NCBI GenBank assembly: GCA_951406725.2
Contig: OX597822.1
Coordinates: 39,122,001 to 39,186,000, forward strand
Source: Octopus vulgaris
Taxonomy: Eukaryota
DNA: 64,000 nt
Direction: 5' to 3'
In this document: positions 11,905-24,789 of the stretch, in pieces
Layout of the letters: the number at the start of each line of letters is the position of its first letter
Numbering within the stretch: position 1 is the first letter of the stretch
Made by a program: the position numbers and the translations under genes
Notes under the pieces: model-generated
Told to the model about the DNA's origin: nothing
Databases searched by the model: none
The model's input: the letters and a program-made list of their open reading frames with translations, nothing else

Positions 11905-12122
11905 GCATATATACAGACACACGCACTACACGCACATGACATTTACAAGTGACGCATGCAGGGGTACACCCTAACATACTGTTTGTCAATCTGGGAAGAA
12001 AATCTCAGAGGACCTGAGTATTGCACTATTTAACCTATGCTACATAAGGGGGAAAATGGCTACATTAAAAATGATATCGAGAGAAAGGAAAGAAAATATG
12101 ATGAACGTATTTAGTAATTTAC

Positions 12123-12282
12123 CTTGGTGCAAAGAGTGACCGGACGAATTTCTCTTCTGCCTCGGATCGGATGATCGCTGGCACGCCGTCACGTTGCTGC
12201 AAACAGAGACTGGCTGCCTTACTGAATTTCACCTTCCCTGCAGGAACGACTGTGTAACATTTACCATTGTACCTAGTGCACT
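12123..12282 (-). CDS. C-type lectin gene, coding exon 2 (N-half of CTLD: CTRYNGKCYTVVPAGKVKFSKAASLCLQQRDGVPAIIRSEAEEKFVRSLFAP)
   Basis: Acceptor TTTTGTCTTTAG|, donor AG|GTAAAT. Matches the CTLD pattern C-x-YNGKCY...F..A...C......A.I.S..E..FV. 160 nt, phase 1 in and phase 2 out. Confidence 0.9.
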
Positions 12283-12293
12283 CTAAAGACAAA

Positions 12294-12347
<54 letters not shown>

Positions 12348-12351
<4 letters not shown>

Positions 12352-12544
12352 AATGGAGTTTAACGCAGGTATACATCAAATACTTTTACTTTCGACACAT
12401 GTTTCGAAGATTTCACTGATATTATTCAAAAGAATAAATGGTATAAAACAATGCAATCTTCTCTTCAGGAAAGTGATTTTTTGCTACCCTGGTAACTATT
12501 TATTTATTTTTTCCGTGTTAATTGTTAACAAGGCAAAAATACAC

Positions 12545-12546
<2 letters not shown>
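12348..12546 (-). mobile_element. Penelope-type short element carrying a hammerhead
   Basis: Lies between (TA)n and (CTAT)n. A related copy with an internal deletion is at 15497-15627. Confidence 0.65.
12388..12474 (-). ncRNA. Type I hammerhead ribozyme, intact core, sense to lectin pre-mRNA
   Basis: Minus strand: actttc-CTGAAGA-gaagatt...aatcttc-GAAA-CAtgTG-TC-gaaagt. 6-bp stem I, 7-bp stem II base, GUC site. Confidence 0.85.
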
Positions 12547-12640
<94 letters not shown>

Positions 12641-14932
12641 GGCGAATGGCACCGCGAGTGTTGCGTTGCTCTCAAGCAACTATGCCGTCCCGGGTCGACC
12701 TTGAGTGACTTCAACACAACCCAAGCATTCTATAGGGGATTAGTGGAGGGGAGGTACGTCGACGAGCTCGGGGCGAACCTGGACGTCGACGAGGAATACC
12801 TGACCCGCCTGTTCAGGACGACTTTCGGGCCAAGGCCCATGGACAACTTCCAGAGATCCCTGGCCTGGCAGTGCTACCGAGAAGCGCTACCCGTTCGGGA
12901 TAAGCTCTACAGACACGGCTCGGGAAACACAGGGCCGACCTGCCCGAGATGCGGTCAGAGCGTCGAAACCGTTCTGCACGCTCTCGTGCAGTGTCCAACA
13001 ATTTCGACCTGTGGGCTTATGTCGAACAACTGCTGTCACGTGTGGGACGACTCGGTTTATCAGCCGAGTCTATCGTCAATATTGTCACGCCTCCTTCCTT
13101 CAAACGTATCCTGGATGATGGTGATGCTGTTGACATCGTTTTATTGGACTTTGCCAAAGCTTTTGACTCGGTAAACCACCGCCTATTACTTGTCGAGCTT
13201 CAAGCATATAGTTTCCATCCGGATATTGTACGATGGGTTGGTGCCTTCCTCTCAGATCGCCCCTTCCAAGTCCAAGTTAATGGTTCGCTGTCCGACGTCT
13301 CCAGTGCGAGCAATGACGTGCCTCAAGGTTCAGTGCTTGGGCCCTTATTGTTCTTAGTCTTCATAAATGACTTGCCCGACGACCTCACGCAACACACCCT
13401 TCTATTTGCCGATGATGTCAAACTGGTCGCTCCTCGCGGTGATATAGATGATCTTCGTCGATGCTTCCACCAAGTTTGGAGATGGTCTAACGAATGGGAC
13501 CTGTGTCTGAACGTGTCAAAGTGCTGTCATCTGCTTGTTGGCTCTTCTCCTGCAACTCACCTTGGTTTCGAGCCGGATCGTCTGCTGCTGGAGAGGACCG
13601 ACCAGGTAAAGGACCTGGATATCTTGGTGGATTCTTCCTTTTCGCCTTCGGCTCAGTGCGTCCATGCTGCCAACAAAGCACACGGAGTTCTGTTTTTGAT
13701 TCGACGGTCATTCGGAATGCTCGCAGCAGCCATATTCCTACCGCTCTATGTCACGCTGGTGAGACCCAGATTGGAGTACGGGATTCAAGCCTCTTCTCCT
13801 TATCTCCTCAAAGACATACATCATCTCGAAAGAGTCCAGAAGCTGGCTACCCGCATGGTTCTTGGTCTCAAGCATTTGTCTTATGAAGAAAGGCTGAAGA
13901 CGCTCGACCTTTATTCTCTAGAAAAAAGAAGACGCTCGACCTTTATTCTCTAGAAAAAAGAAGACGCCGTGGTGATCTCATTCTTGCTCACAACATCATA
14001 AGCGGAAAGTGTAACCTCTCGAAAGAGCTGTTCTTCACTCCTGCTCCAGAGCGTCGGCTGCGGGGTCACTCCGAAAGCTCTATCTGCGACGATTTCATCT
14101 CAACCGAAGGAGAGGGGCTTTCTCCGTCCGGGTTGCAGATCCGTGGAATAAGCAGCCGGACGAGATAGTGAAGATGCCGACGACCGCTCGGTTCAAAGTC
14201 TCCCTTGACCAGAAATGGCCTGAACTCTTTGCATGAACACCACTCTGTACATAACTCCATGTCCCCCTACATGGCCTTGCTTTTTGCTTTTTGAGCCAAA
14301 AAATTAAGTTAACTTAACTTAACTTAAACAGGAAGGAAGAGCTATTTTCATCATCCTTGTGGCTATGGCGAAAGAATGTATCTGGTGGACGCGTCTGAAA
14401 GGATTGGAGACAAACACTTTCCTGTCTGGTCAATCTCTCATCAACTTCTTCAAGTATCACTTGAAAAGGAAAGTGAAAATAGAGAGGCAAGTTTTGTCTA
14501 GCGAATGTTTAAAAAAAAGATGGGTGAATGTAGCAAGGATGGCACGTATGAATGACGAAACCACCTTCATAATCCTATGAACCCGGAAATTTAAAACAGA
14601 GGGTTACCTACTTGCAAACAAATGTGGTAACATGTAACAATAATGACCGAGATTACCGTGGTCTTTTCCGTAGGCTTTTCTTCCCACGGATAAACCTTAT
14701 CTACTTCCCCCTTACACCTTACATCATGACACTGTGATACACGATCCCTATTGATCGTTTTTTTTCTTTCCTCCTTTGATTCTTTTCCCTTTTTTTCTTT
14801 CTTCTTTCCCTTTTACGATCCCATTTGATCGAAAACCTACCCCACCTATATATTTCTTTTCTTTTTTTTCTCTCCCCCAAAGAGAAAAGCTGTCCCGTCT
14901 GTGTACAGCTCTCTGTGGCTAATAAAGAAACA
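12641..14932 (+). mobile_element. 5'-truncated Tx1/L1-clade LINE (C-terminal zinc-knuckle region plus 3' UTR), interrupted by another LINE
   Basis: GEWHRECC...CPRCGQSVETVLHALVQCP matches 48122-48844 and resumes at 14326 (MAKECIWWTRLKG). (CTAT)n on both flanks. Confidence 0.9.
13106..14325 (+). mobile_element. 5'-truncated CR1-group LINE (RT and thumb) nested in Tx1
   Basis: Motifs LDFAKAFDSVNH, VPQGSVLGPLLFLVFINDL, LFADD, YVTLVRPRLEY. (TTAAC)n tail, short AAAC duplication, and a 32-bp tandem duplication frameshift near 13897-13960. Confidence 0.9.
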
Positions 14933-15103
<171 letters not shown>

Positions 15104-15136
15104 AAGGCGCATATATATATATATATATATGTAGTG

Positions 15137-15466
15137 AAGGCGCATGGCTCAGTGGTTAGAGCGTCGAGCTTACGATCGTGAGGTTGTGAGCTCGAATCCC
15201 GGACCGGGCGGCGTGTTGTGTTCTTGAGCAAGGCACTTTATTTCACGTTGCTCCAGTTCACTCAGCTGTAGAAATGAGTTGCGATGTCACTGGTGCCAAG
15301 CTGTATCGACCTCTGTCTTTCCCTTGGATAACACTGGTGGCGTGGAGAGGGGAGGCTGGTATGCATGGGCGACTGCTGGTCTTCCATAAACAATCTTGCC
15401 CGGACTTGTGTCTAGGAGGGTAACTTTCTAGGTGCAATCCCATGGTCATTCATGACCGAAGGGGGT

Positions 15467-15467
<1 letters not shown>
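15137..15467 (+). mobile_element. SINE family B
   Basis: Colinear with 3565-3900. Confidence 0.85.
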
Positions 15468-15496
<29 letters not shown>

Positions 15497-15502
<6 letters not shown>

Positions 15503-15627
15503 GGAGTTAAATGCAGGTGTTATTCAAATTCTTTTACTTCCGACACATATTTCGATTTTTTGCTACCCTGGTAACTATTTATATATTTTTCCGTGTTAAT
15601 TGTTAACAAAAGAAAAATACACACATC
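15497..15627 (-). mobile_element. Deleted copy of the 12348-12546 element (hammerhead core lost)
   Basis: Shares both ends with 12348-12546 but lacks ~70 bp holding CUGAAGA and stem II. Confidence 0.75.
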
Positions 15628-15643
15628 TATTTATGTGTGTGTG

Positions 15644-15694
<51 letters not shown>

Positions 15695-15871
15695 TCTTAA
15701 ACTCAACAATGCAGGAAGTATTACTCATTGTGTCTACAAGATAAAGATAGAAGATAGATAGATAGATTACTACATAGAAATCCAAACAAACACATATACA
15801 TACGTACATACGTACCTACGTTACGTCCAAACAAATATACATACACACATACATAAAAAAAATTCCCTTAC

Positions 15872-15944
15872 TTAGTGATGTCGAACTTCCAAACCTTGCT
15901 GTTACCAATAATAAAAGCAACGGTATATCAATCAGTTGTTGCAT
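15872..15944 (-). CDS. C-type lectin gene, coding exon 1 (signal peptide-like MQQLIDIPLLLLLVTARFGSSTSL)
   Basis: ATG at 15944 with an upstream in-frame TGA. Hydrophobic core LLLLLV. Donor A|GTAAGG is phase 1, matching the next exon (A+AG = Lys). Confidence 0.75.
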
Positions 15945-16381
15945 TGCTGTAGGTTGTTGTTGTTGTTGTTGATGTGGTTGTTGTTCCGCTTGCTGTTGTC
16001 ACGGGTGTTAAAGCATCCGCTGTGGGTTCTATTTCTTCAGCTTGTTCATTGATTGTAACATCTCAAAATCGCCGTTACAATTTCCCGCCCTGCCTGTGCC
16101 TGACTTCCATTAATTCCGTCCGTGGTTGTGGCGGCGGCGGCGATGATGATGGTGGTGTTTCAATTGGAAATCGATTTTTGTTAATTTGTTTTCATAATTT
16201 CATAACTGAACGTAGTCACTCTATTTGTTTAATTGCTGTTATTGTTGTTGTTGTTGTTGTTGTTGCATAGCTGCTGGTCAGACCTGTGAAAGTAAAGATA
16301 TCATTAGCAATGATGGCGGCGGTGGTGATGGTGGCGATAATGGAAATAGCGATGGTGATAGAAACTTTACACACTTCATAC

Positions 16382-16491
<110 letters not shown>

Positions 16492-16643
16492 GTATGTGTT
16501 GATATATGTATAAATATATATGTATATAAATATATGTATATATATGTATATGTACATATATATATATATATGTATATATGTATATATGTATGTATATATA
16601 TATATATGTATATAAATATATGTATATATATATCTATACATAA

Positions 16644-16729
<86 letters not shown>

Positions 16730-16769
16730 CTATGTATATAAATATATGTATATATATATATGTATATAT

Positions 16770-16814
<45 letters not shown>

Positions 16815-16821
16815 TATGAAT

Positions 16822-17160
16822 TTGTGTGCAACACCCTTAGTGTGAAATCGTGTGTTGAAACAGATATTGCTGTATTTCGGAATGGTCATTATTATTTGTC
16901 AAATAAACACACGCACTGTATATTCGTTCTTCACTCGTTTATTACTGTTCTTATTCTAACTCATGTCCGTTGTCCGGAAATCTTAGCAAACACGAAAACA
17001 GAAAGTGTCGCTGAAGAGGTCACAGATGTGTGAAGAAAGATTTCCGGACAAAGGGCATGAGGAAGAATAAGATCAGTAATAATAAACGAGTGAAGAAAGA
17101 ATATACAGTGCGTGTGTTTATTTGACAAAAAGGAAAAATAAATGACCATCCCAAAATACA
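16822..17160 (+). mobile_element. Penelope-type foldback with truncated hammerhead
   Basis: Imperfect arms 16871-16984 and 17037-17160. The loop holds CTGAAGA-ggtcacagatgtgtga, cut off by the inverted arm. Confidence 0.6.
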
Positions 17161-17215
17161 TAGATATACCTTCATGTACATACATATATAGATATACATT
17201 CATATATATACGTAC

Positions 17216-17280
<65 letters not shown>

Positions 17281-17548
17281 CATATATATATACATACATA
17301 TATCAAACTAAAATCATTGAACAAGCAAATACAAAGTCAACCGCATGTCATTTCATAATTCGAACATTTAATTATAGAATAAACATATAACCCGCAAGAT
17401 GGAACAAAATTCATATGTACAGCACGTAATAATAATAATATGGTATGTATCGATATACATACATATATACATACACACACACACACACACATATATATAT
17501 GTATGTATATATATATATGTATATACATGCATTTATACATATACATAC

Positions 17549-17618
<70 letters not shown>

Positions 17619-17650
17619 TTTATTTTAAGCAGCAGAAAATTCAACAAAAT

Positions 17651-17688
17651 CTGTTACTCTGAGTTTCTCGTTGCCGTTCATCAGACAG
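17651..17688 (-). ncRNA. Minimal type I hammerhead ribozyme (same family as 139-176)
   Basis: ctgt-CTGATGA-acg-gcaa-cga-GAAA-CTC-a-GAG-TA-acag, with one stem II mismatch. Element 17618-17695 is TA-flanked. Confidence 0.75.
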
Positions 17689-17813
17689 TTTTTGCTATAT
17701 ACATACATATATACATACACACACACATATCATCATCATCATCATCGTCGTTTAACGTCCGTTCTCCATGCTAGCATGGGTATGTATATATATATATATA
17801 TATATATACATAC

Positions 17814-17890
<77 letters not shown>

Positions 17891-18001
17891 TATAAATACG
17901 AAGTAACTCCGAACCCTCAGAAACCGCTGTCGGACTTCTAGCGGCTCCCCCTAATTCTTTGAGCCTATGTAATCTGAGAAAGTTTGCTCTATTAAATACA
18001 C

Positions 18002-18121
<120 letters not shown>

Positions 18122-18439
18122 ATATGTATCTCATTGATTGTTTATCATCTGAACATTTTGAATTTGCCTTCTCTTTTTACATGTATACATGTATGTTTAT
18201 ATTTTGTACATCAAATCCCAAGATTTTTATCTGTTTATTCGAATCATTGTCTCTGTCTGTCTCTCAATATATGTATATATAATTGAAATTTATAGAAAAA
18301 TGAAAGACCATTATAGGTGTAGGAACAATAAGCAAGTGTAAAAGTTTGACGCTCGGGAAAATGAAGTCTTTTACGCTCTTCAACAGAAATAAGAGAAAAT
18401 AAACAGAAAGAGAATGAAAAAACTTGTATATTTCAGCGG

Positions 18440-18494
<55 letters not shown>

Positions 18495-18681
18495 GTCTGT
18501 CTATCTGTCTGTCTGTCTGTCTGTCTGTCTTCTATCTGTCTGTCTGCCTGCCTGCCTGCCTGTCTGTCTGTCTGTCTATCTCTCTTCCTCTTTCTTTCTC
18601 TCTCTCTATATAAAAAGGTCCAACTTACACAGAATACAAATAATATAGAGAATTAAAGGTGTTGAAGAAATGTATTATTAA

Positions 18682-18772
18682 TCCAACAGCTGTTTCTGGG
18701 GTCTCCGTGGTCCATAATAATGTTTGTAGATTAATTCCATCATAGGATGAGACCAGTCCCCGTCTTCAGGGA
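18682..18772 (-). ncRNA. Type I hammerhead ribozyme with long stem II
   Basis: tcc-CTGAAGA-cgggg...cccca-GAAA-CAGCTG-TT-gga. Palindromic stem III ACAGCTGT, GUU site, C.A mismatch closing stem II. Confidence 0.65.
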
Positions 18773-19067
18773 AGAGATCTTACATTTCAGATGTTAAAGG
18801 AAAAAGTTCAAAGATGGTCTCCATCTGTGTGAGTGTGTGAGTGTATCTATGTTTGTACACCTCACCGCTAGAAAGAGGTGCCGGTGTCTATAGGTCCTCG
18901 TAACTTAACAGCTCGGTAAAATAGAATGATAGGATACGTACCAGGTTTATCGTGCGACTATAAATTCATCAAGGCGGTTCTCCACACTGGTCGCAGTCCA
19001 ATGACTGAAACAAGTAAAGGGAAAATAAAAAGGAAAGATGAAACTGTGTGTGTGTGTTTGTGTAAGT

Positions 19068-19157
<90 letters not shown>

Positions 19158-19259
19158 GTGTGTATATGCATATATAGGTAAAAAATTGATGAGTGTATGC
19201 GTTACATAAATATTTTCAGGATCAAATAAAAAGACAACAAACGGAAAATATGACATACC

Positions 19260-19417
<158 letters not shown>

Positions 19418-19513
19418 ATCAATATAGGGTGGCAAAATTTTGTAGAATTCTTTTGGCACCAGCGGCCTAGTGGGAAAAAAATTAAATAGTCATAAACCAT
19501 TTTTAAGTTCAAC

Positions 19514-19702
19514 ATCGCAATCAAGGAACGGCCATAATAGGCCATTCACCCACTAGAAATAACAGCCAAAAGCTTTAACCGCAAAATAACATTAATTCCG
19601 TTAATTTTCTCCTGGTTTACGGAATTAATGTTATTTTGCGGTTAAAGCTTTTGGCTGTTATTTCTAGTGGGTGAATGGCCTATTATGGCCGTTCCTTGAT
19701 TG

Positions 19703-19706
<4 letters not shown>
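19514..19706. repeat. Perfect 88-bp inverted repeat with 17-bp spacer
   Basis: 19514-19601 is the exact reverse complement of 19619-19706 and abuts (TA)n. Confidence 0.95.
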
Positions 19707-19755
<49 letters not shown>

Positions 19756-21020
19756 TAGGTAAGCTGTATCGGCCGTTGCCTTTCCTTTGGATAACACTTG
19801 CTGGTCTTACATAAACAACCTTGGGATCTTTTCAGTTTGAAAGCCAGATTTTCCTAGTTAACTAAACAATTTGAAACTTCGTATACTGGTAGAATGTGTC
19901 AAAAGAAAACATAATTGTAAACCAAAATGAAAACGGAATTGTAATTTCTAAGTTTAACGTTGTTTAATAATTCGAATTTTAACCATTGGTATTCTTTCTT
20001 TCGACCTCATATTATTTACTGCCTCTCAAAATATTGTTACTGTGACGTAAACAGCTATTTTGTGACGTAGTTAACGTAAACATGTAAACAGACCTACAGA
20101 TTCGTTTGTAACGTAAACATCCGTTCATCGTAAATAGCTAAATTCGCTTGGCATCGTACACAGCTTTTTCAGTTCCCTAGAATTATATTTGAAAGAAAAT
20201 AAAACGAAAAAGATTCATACGCATAAATATCCATCCTTAGACATCAGAAAATGAGTGTTTAAATTATTTTCCATTGTTTGCATTGCTTACACACACACAC
20301 ACATACATACATACACACATACTAAAATTACATCGTTGGAGCAGTAATTTATTTATGTATTTTTTGTTATACAATTTATTTTAAAGCTGAATCCCTATCC
20401 TGCCATTAACCCCTTTCTTATAAAATAGTTGAAGAATCTGGGGTGTAGGTATTGGGCCAGTATTGGAACTTTTAACTTCTTGCTCCCTATCTTATGATCT
20501 CCGAAATTTAAGAATCTTGTGTTAACTGGGCTCTTATTATTTACTCTGACTCTGCCACCACCTCAATGCAAAGACTATCAATATCAGAATCATCTTCACA
20601 ACCACCACTACAACGATTACTACAACCTCCAATGCCACCACCACAACCATCTTCTGCAACCACAACCCCAAGATCAATACCAGCATCATATTCAAAATCA
20701 CCAATTTCACCACCACTACACTCTGCAATGTCTTCAACACTACCATCCATGAGACATCCTAACATAATCAATGCTACTACTACTATCATCATCATTATCA
20801 TTATCATTATCATCCACTGCCGCCACCACCTCTACAAAAACACCAACACTATAATTGCTGCCATCATACACATCCACTGTCACCACTACACCACCACCAC
20901 CACCACCACCACCACTGCCATGATAACCACATCTACCACCTCCAACACCATTGCCACCACTATCTATGAGACATCCTAAGTTAGATACTACTTTCACTTT
21001 CTAGTTGCTCTTTGAGTTTA

Positions 21021-21416
21021 TCTTTATATATAAAAGAGAGGTTGTGTGTCTGTCTCCTACGATTTAGATTCCTAACTACTCCCACATTTTGCGGTGCAGT
21101 TTAACCAAAACCGGGTATCTTATAGTCGTGATTCATATCGAGCCCTTCTGGGTATTAGCGCGCGTCTACGATGAGTCTACGATTTTAAAAAAAATTTACC
21201 ATAATTTTTTCCATTTTAATGCATTTTTTTGCTATTATATAAGGGAAGTAACTCTCTAAAAATGTCTACGATGAGTCAACGATTAAAAAAAAAATTTACC
21301 ATCATTTTTTTTCCATTTTTAATGCATTTTTTGCTATTTTTTGGCTATAACTCTCTAAAAATGCTTATATAGTTATTTCCCTTACAAACCCGAGCAACGC
21401 CGGGCGATACTGCTAG
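21021..21416 (+). mobile_element. Non-autonomous Helitron
   Basis: A|TC...CCCGAGCAACGCCGGG hairpin...CTAG|T. Confidence 0.85.
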
Positions 21417-22474
21417 TTATATCTAATCTATCTCTCTAAAAGATGCAAACCAAGCAGCATTAAATGGAGAATGGATGTGAGCAGAAAGAGAGTAAGTTCC
21501 ATTTCAGTTTACAACAATTATAGACTTATTCTCAAACCATAAATGAAGGGTGGAGAGGAGTGAAGGAGGAGTCATGTTTCCTCTGAGAGGTTACAAAAGT
21601 ATTGTTACACTGTTGTTAGAATAGCTGTGGAAAATGTAAGTTGAAATCAAATTTGATGCTAAATTCTTTTATAGTCATGTTCCCAATGAAATACACATAA
21701 TCAATTTGAACAGTCTTAGTAAAATAGCTACTTTCTTTAATTATTAATCAGGTGTTTGGATCAACAAAATTATGAAATAAAGGTGAGAAGGTCAGAAGAG
21801 TGTCTATCTGCTTGTAACTATGTAGACTATGCCTTGTTATGGTTTATGTTAGGGTTAGAGCTATGGTCTAGAATTGGCAACAGATAGCATACTAAATTGT
21901 AAATGGCCACGTTTACTGTATGCTAAACTGGCACTAGAGATTTAATGAAACAGTTTACCTATCAGAATTTAAGTCATGAAAGGGTTAGTTAGCATTGTCA
22001 ACACACTTCACATTTCTCTTTTTTTGTGGGCAATGAAATAAAACACTAGATAAGGAGTGGGTCAATATAGTTGACATTATTTCCTCCTATAAAACTTTTG
22101 GCTATGTACCTTTGTTAGAAATTCTTATTTGTATTAATATAAAGTGCGAGCAAGAGAACATCTGCAGGCTTTCCTAAACTGTTAATGTGAATGTAGATGA
22201 TGTCTTTTTTCAACTTGTGTAAATTAATGTCTGATGAGAATGTGATTCCATGTAGAAGCTGCCATTCTGGAGATAAATGACTGGATAAAATATTTAGTAA
22301 AAGGTTCTAGCTGTGAGACATGTTAAAGATGATGATGTGGGCTCAGTTTACTACCACACCCTCAGCAATATCGCCATTGATGCTGTTGGCAGAGACGATG
22401 CTCCTATCAGATTTCTTGTTCCTAGGATACATCCGGTTTAAACGCCTTCTTTTCAGACCAGACATTTTTACGAT

Positions 22475-22536
<62 letters not shown>

Positions 22537-22689
22537 CTAGCATTCCATCGGTTATGACGAAGAGGGTGCCAGTTGATCCGATCAACGGAACAGCCTGCTC
22601 GTGAAATTAACATACAAATGGCTGAGTACTCCACAGACCCGTGTACTCTTAACATAGTTCTTAGCGAAATTCAGTTCGACATAGAATAT

Positions 22690-23478
22690 TTTCTACTCGA
22701 GGTACAAAGTCCGAAATTTTGTGGGAGAGGGCCAGTCGATTAGATCGACCCCAGTACACAACTGGTACTTAAGTTATCGACCCCGAAAGGATGAAAGGCA
22801 AAATAGACCTTGGCGGAATTTGAACTGAGAACCCATAGACAGACAAAATACCGCTAAGCATTTCGCTCAGCGTGCTAACGTTTCTGATTTCTTTATTGCC
22901 CACATGGGACTAAACATAGAGGGGGACAAACAGGGACAGACAAAGGGATTAGGTCGATTACATCGACCCCAGTGCGTAACTGGTACTTATTTGATCGACC
23001 CCGAAAGGATGAAAGGCAAAGTCGACCTCGGCGGAAGATGAACTCAGAATGTAGCGGCAGACGAAATACCTATTTCTTTACTACCTACAAGGAGCTAAAC
23101 ACAGAGAGGACAAATAAGAATAAACAAACGGATTAAGTCGATTATATCGACCTCAGTGCGTAACTGGTACTTATTTAATCGACCCCCAAAAGGATGAAAG
23201 GCAAAGTCGACCTTGGCGGAATTTGAACTCAGAACATAACGGCAGACGAAATACCTATTTCTTTACTACCTACAAGGAGCTAAACACAGAGAGGACAGAC
23301 AAGGAGATTAAGTCGATTACATCGACCCCAGTGCGTAACTGGTACTTAATTTATCGACCCCGAAAGGATGAAAGGCAAAGTCGACCTCGGTGGAACTTGA
23401 ACTCAGAACATAACGGCAGACGAAATACCGCCAAACATTTCGCCTGGCATGCTAACGTTTCTGCCAGCTCGCTACCTT
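22690..23478 (-). mobile_element. Tandem concatemer of SINE family D (probable Meta/MESC domain)
   Basis: Four ~180-bp units containing GTCGACTTTGCCTTTCATCCTTTCGGGGTCGAT on the minus strand. Confidence 0.8.
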
Positions 23479-23584
23479 CATCATCAACTTCTATTCCTGC
23501 TTAGCGTTTTGTTTAAATTTTTTGTTGACTAAAATTTATTGAAAAAAAAAAAAGCCGCAATAATTATGCACCAACCTAATACGA

Positions 23585-24237
23585 ATAGCATTGGATATTT
23601 TGATTTTTTGTCAATCATCTGCCATCCATCAGTATGTAGTGAACGTGGAGGCGCAATGGCCCAGTGGTTAGGGCAGCGGACACGCGGTCGTAGGGTCGCG
23701 GTTTCGATTCCCAGACCGGGCGTTGTGAGTGTTTATTGAGCGAAAACACCTAAAAGCTCCACGAGGCTCCAGCAGGGGATGGTGGTGATCCCTGCTGTAC
23801 TCTTTCACCACAACTTTCTCTCACTCTTACTTCCTGTTTCAGTTGTACCTGTATTTCAAGGGGCCGGCCTTGTCACTCTTTGTGTCACGCTGAATATCCC
23901 CGAGAACTGCGTTACGGGTACGCGTGTCTGTGGAGTGCTCAGCCACTTACACGTTAATTTCACGAGCAGGCTGTTCCGTTGATTCGGATCAACCGGAACC
24001 CTCGTCGTCGTAACCGACGGAGTGCTTCCATGTTCTCAGTGGAGGCAGTTTCAGGACGTCCAGAAGCTGGATCATCTCCAAGACTCTCCCTTCTCCTCCT
24101 AAATTTAGCTGCCCATTTTTACATTGTTGATAAAACTAGAGCATCATCCCCTAATGTAGCAACCATGACAGCATGAGTGTTGTTTGAGGCTAAACTCTTT
24201 TTCTGCCGGTAATTGTCAACAGCACGACACCAAATTA
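23585..24237 (-). pseudogene. mariner transposase N-terminal relic, interrupted by a SINE
   Basis: RAV..Y.QKK.L....HAVMVATLGDDA...STM*KWAAKFRRRRESLGDDPASGRPETASTEN continues past the SINE as VHYILMDGR*LT. Confidence 0.8.
23646..24030 (+). mobile_element. tRNA-derived SINE, family C
   Basis: A box TGGCCCAGTGG, B-box-like GGTTTCGATTCC. Near-identical copy at 26633-27014. Confidence 0.85.
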
Positions 24238-24290
24238 GAAAATTACTATTTGTAAATCTCACAACGAGAGATATTCAGCAACAGTACTTA

Positions 24291-24697
24291 GGAATAAAAA
24301 TCATTTGCCAACATAACATGGCAGTCCTAGTTTAGGACGAATGTTGCTGTAATTTAGCCCCAGGAGACATCGTCTCCAGCTGGCTGTACGACACGATCTG
24401 TGTCCTTATATTTTCGAACAAGGGAATCTAGCACCACCCCCGCCACTCAGCTCAAAACAATATCTGTGTATTGCGATTTCCGGGTTATTTCCCTTCATTA
24501 GCACAGAATAATTGCTCGGCTAGAGGTGGCGCTGCCAAATTCGCGATACACAGATATTGTTTTGAGCTGAGTGGGGGGTGCTAGATTCCCTTGTCCGAAA
24601 ATATAAGGACACAGACGATGTCTCCTGGGGCTAAATTACAGCAACATTCATCCTAAACCAAGACTGCCATGTTATGTTGGCAAATAATCTTTACTCC
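24291..24697. mobile_element. Foldback MITE with long TIRs
   Basis: 24291-24478 vs 24538-24697 are inverted, with one ~25-bp indel. No clear TSD. Confidence 0.8.
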
Positions 24698-24789
24698 ACG
24701 ACATCAAATTTTGTCTATTTTCAAGAGACACCGCTACTAATAACTTTTGAAGTGTTCTTTGAACAGTCAGATGTCAGTTTACTCTTTAA

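Noticed and set aside
20519-20997. Ser/Pro/Thr/His-rich ORFs suggesting a mucin-like cargo gene
   Set aside because: Degenerate CAC/CAT trinucleotide sequence that is part of the non-autonomous element (inverted copy at 38446-38634).
22150-22478. Exon-like unique sequence after a CA repeat
   Set aside because: Stops in all frames. Fragments (SFISRMAASTWN) look like a very old LINE 3' end, too decayed to call.
22690-23478. Regularly spaced repeats resembling a CRISPR array
   Set aside because: Whole ~180-bp units repeat with no unique spacers. They are SINE concatemers in eukaryotic DNA, and no cas genes are present.
23646-23720. tRNA-like sequence with A and B boxes (also 3565, 15137, 26633)
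   Set aside because: Continues into a shared multi-copy body. It has no proper acceptor stem or terminator, so these are SINE heads rather than tRNA genes.
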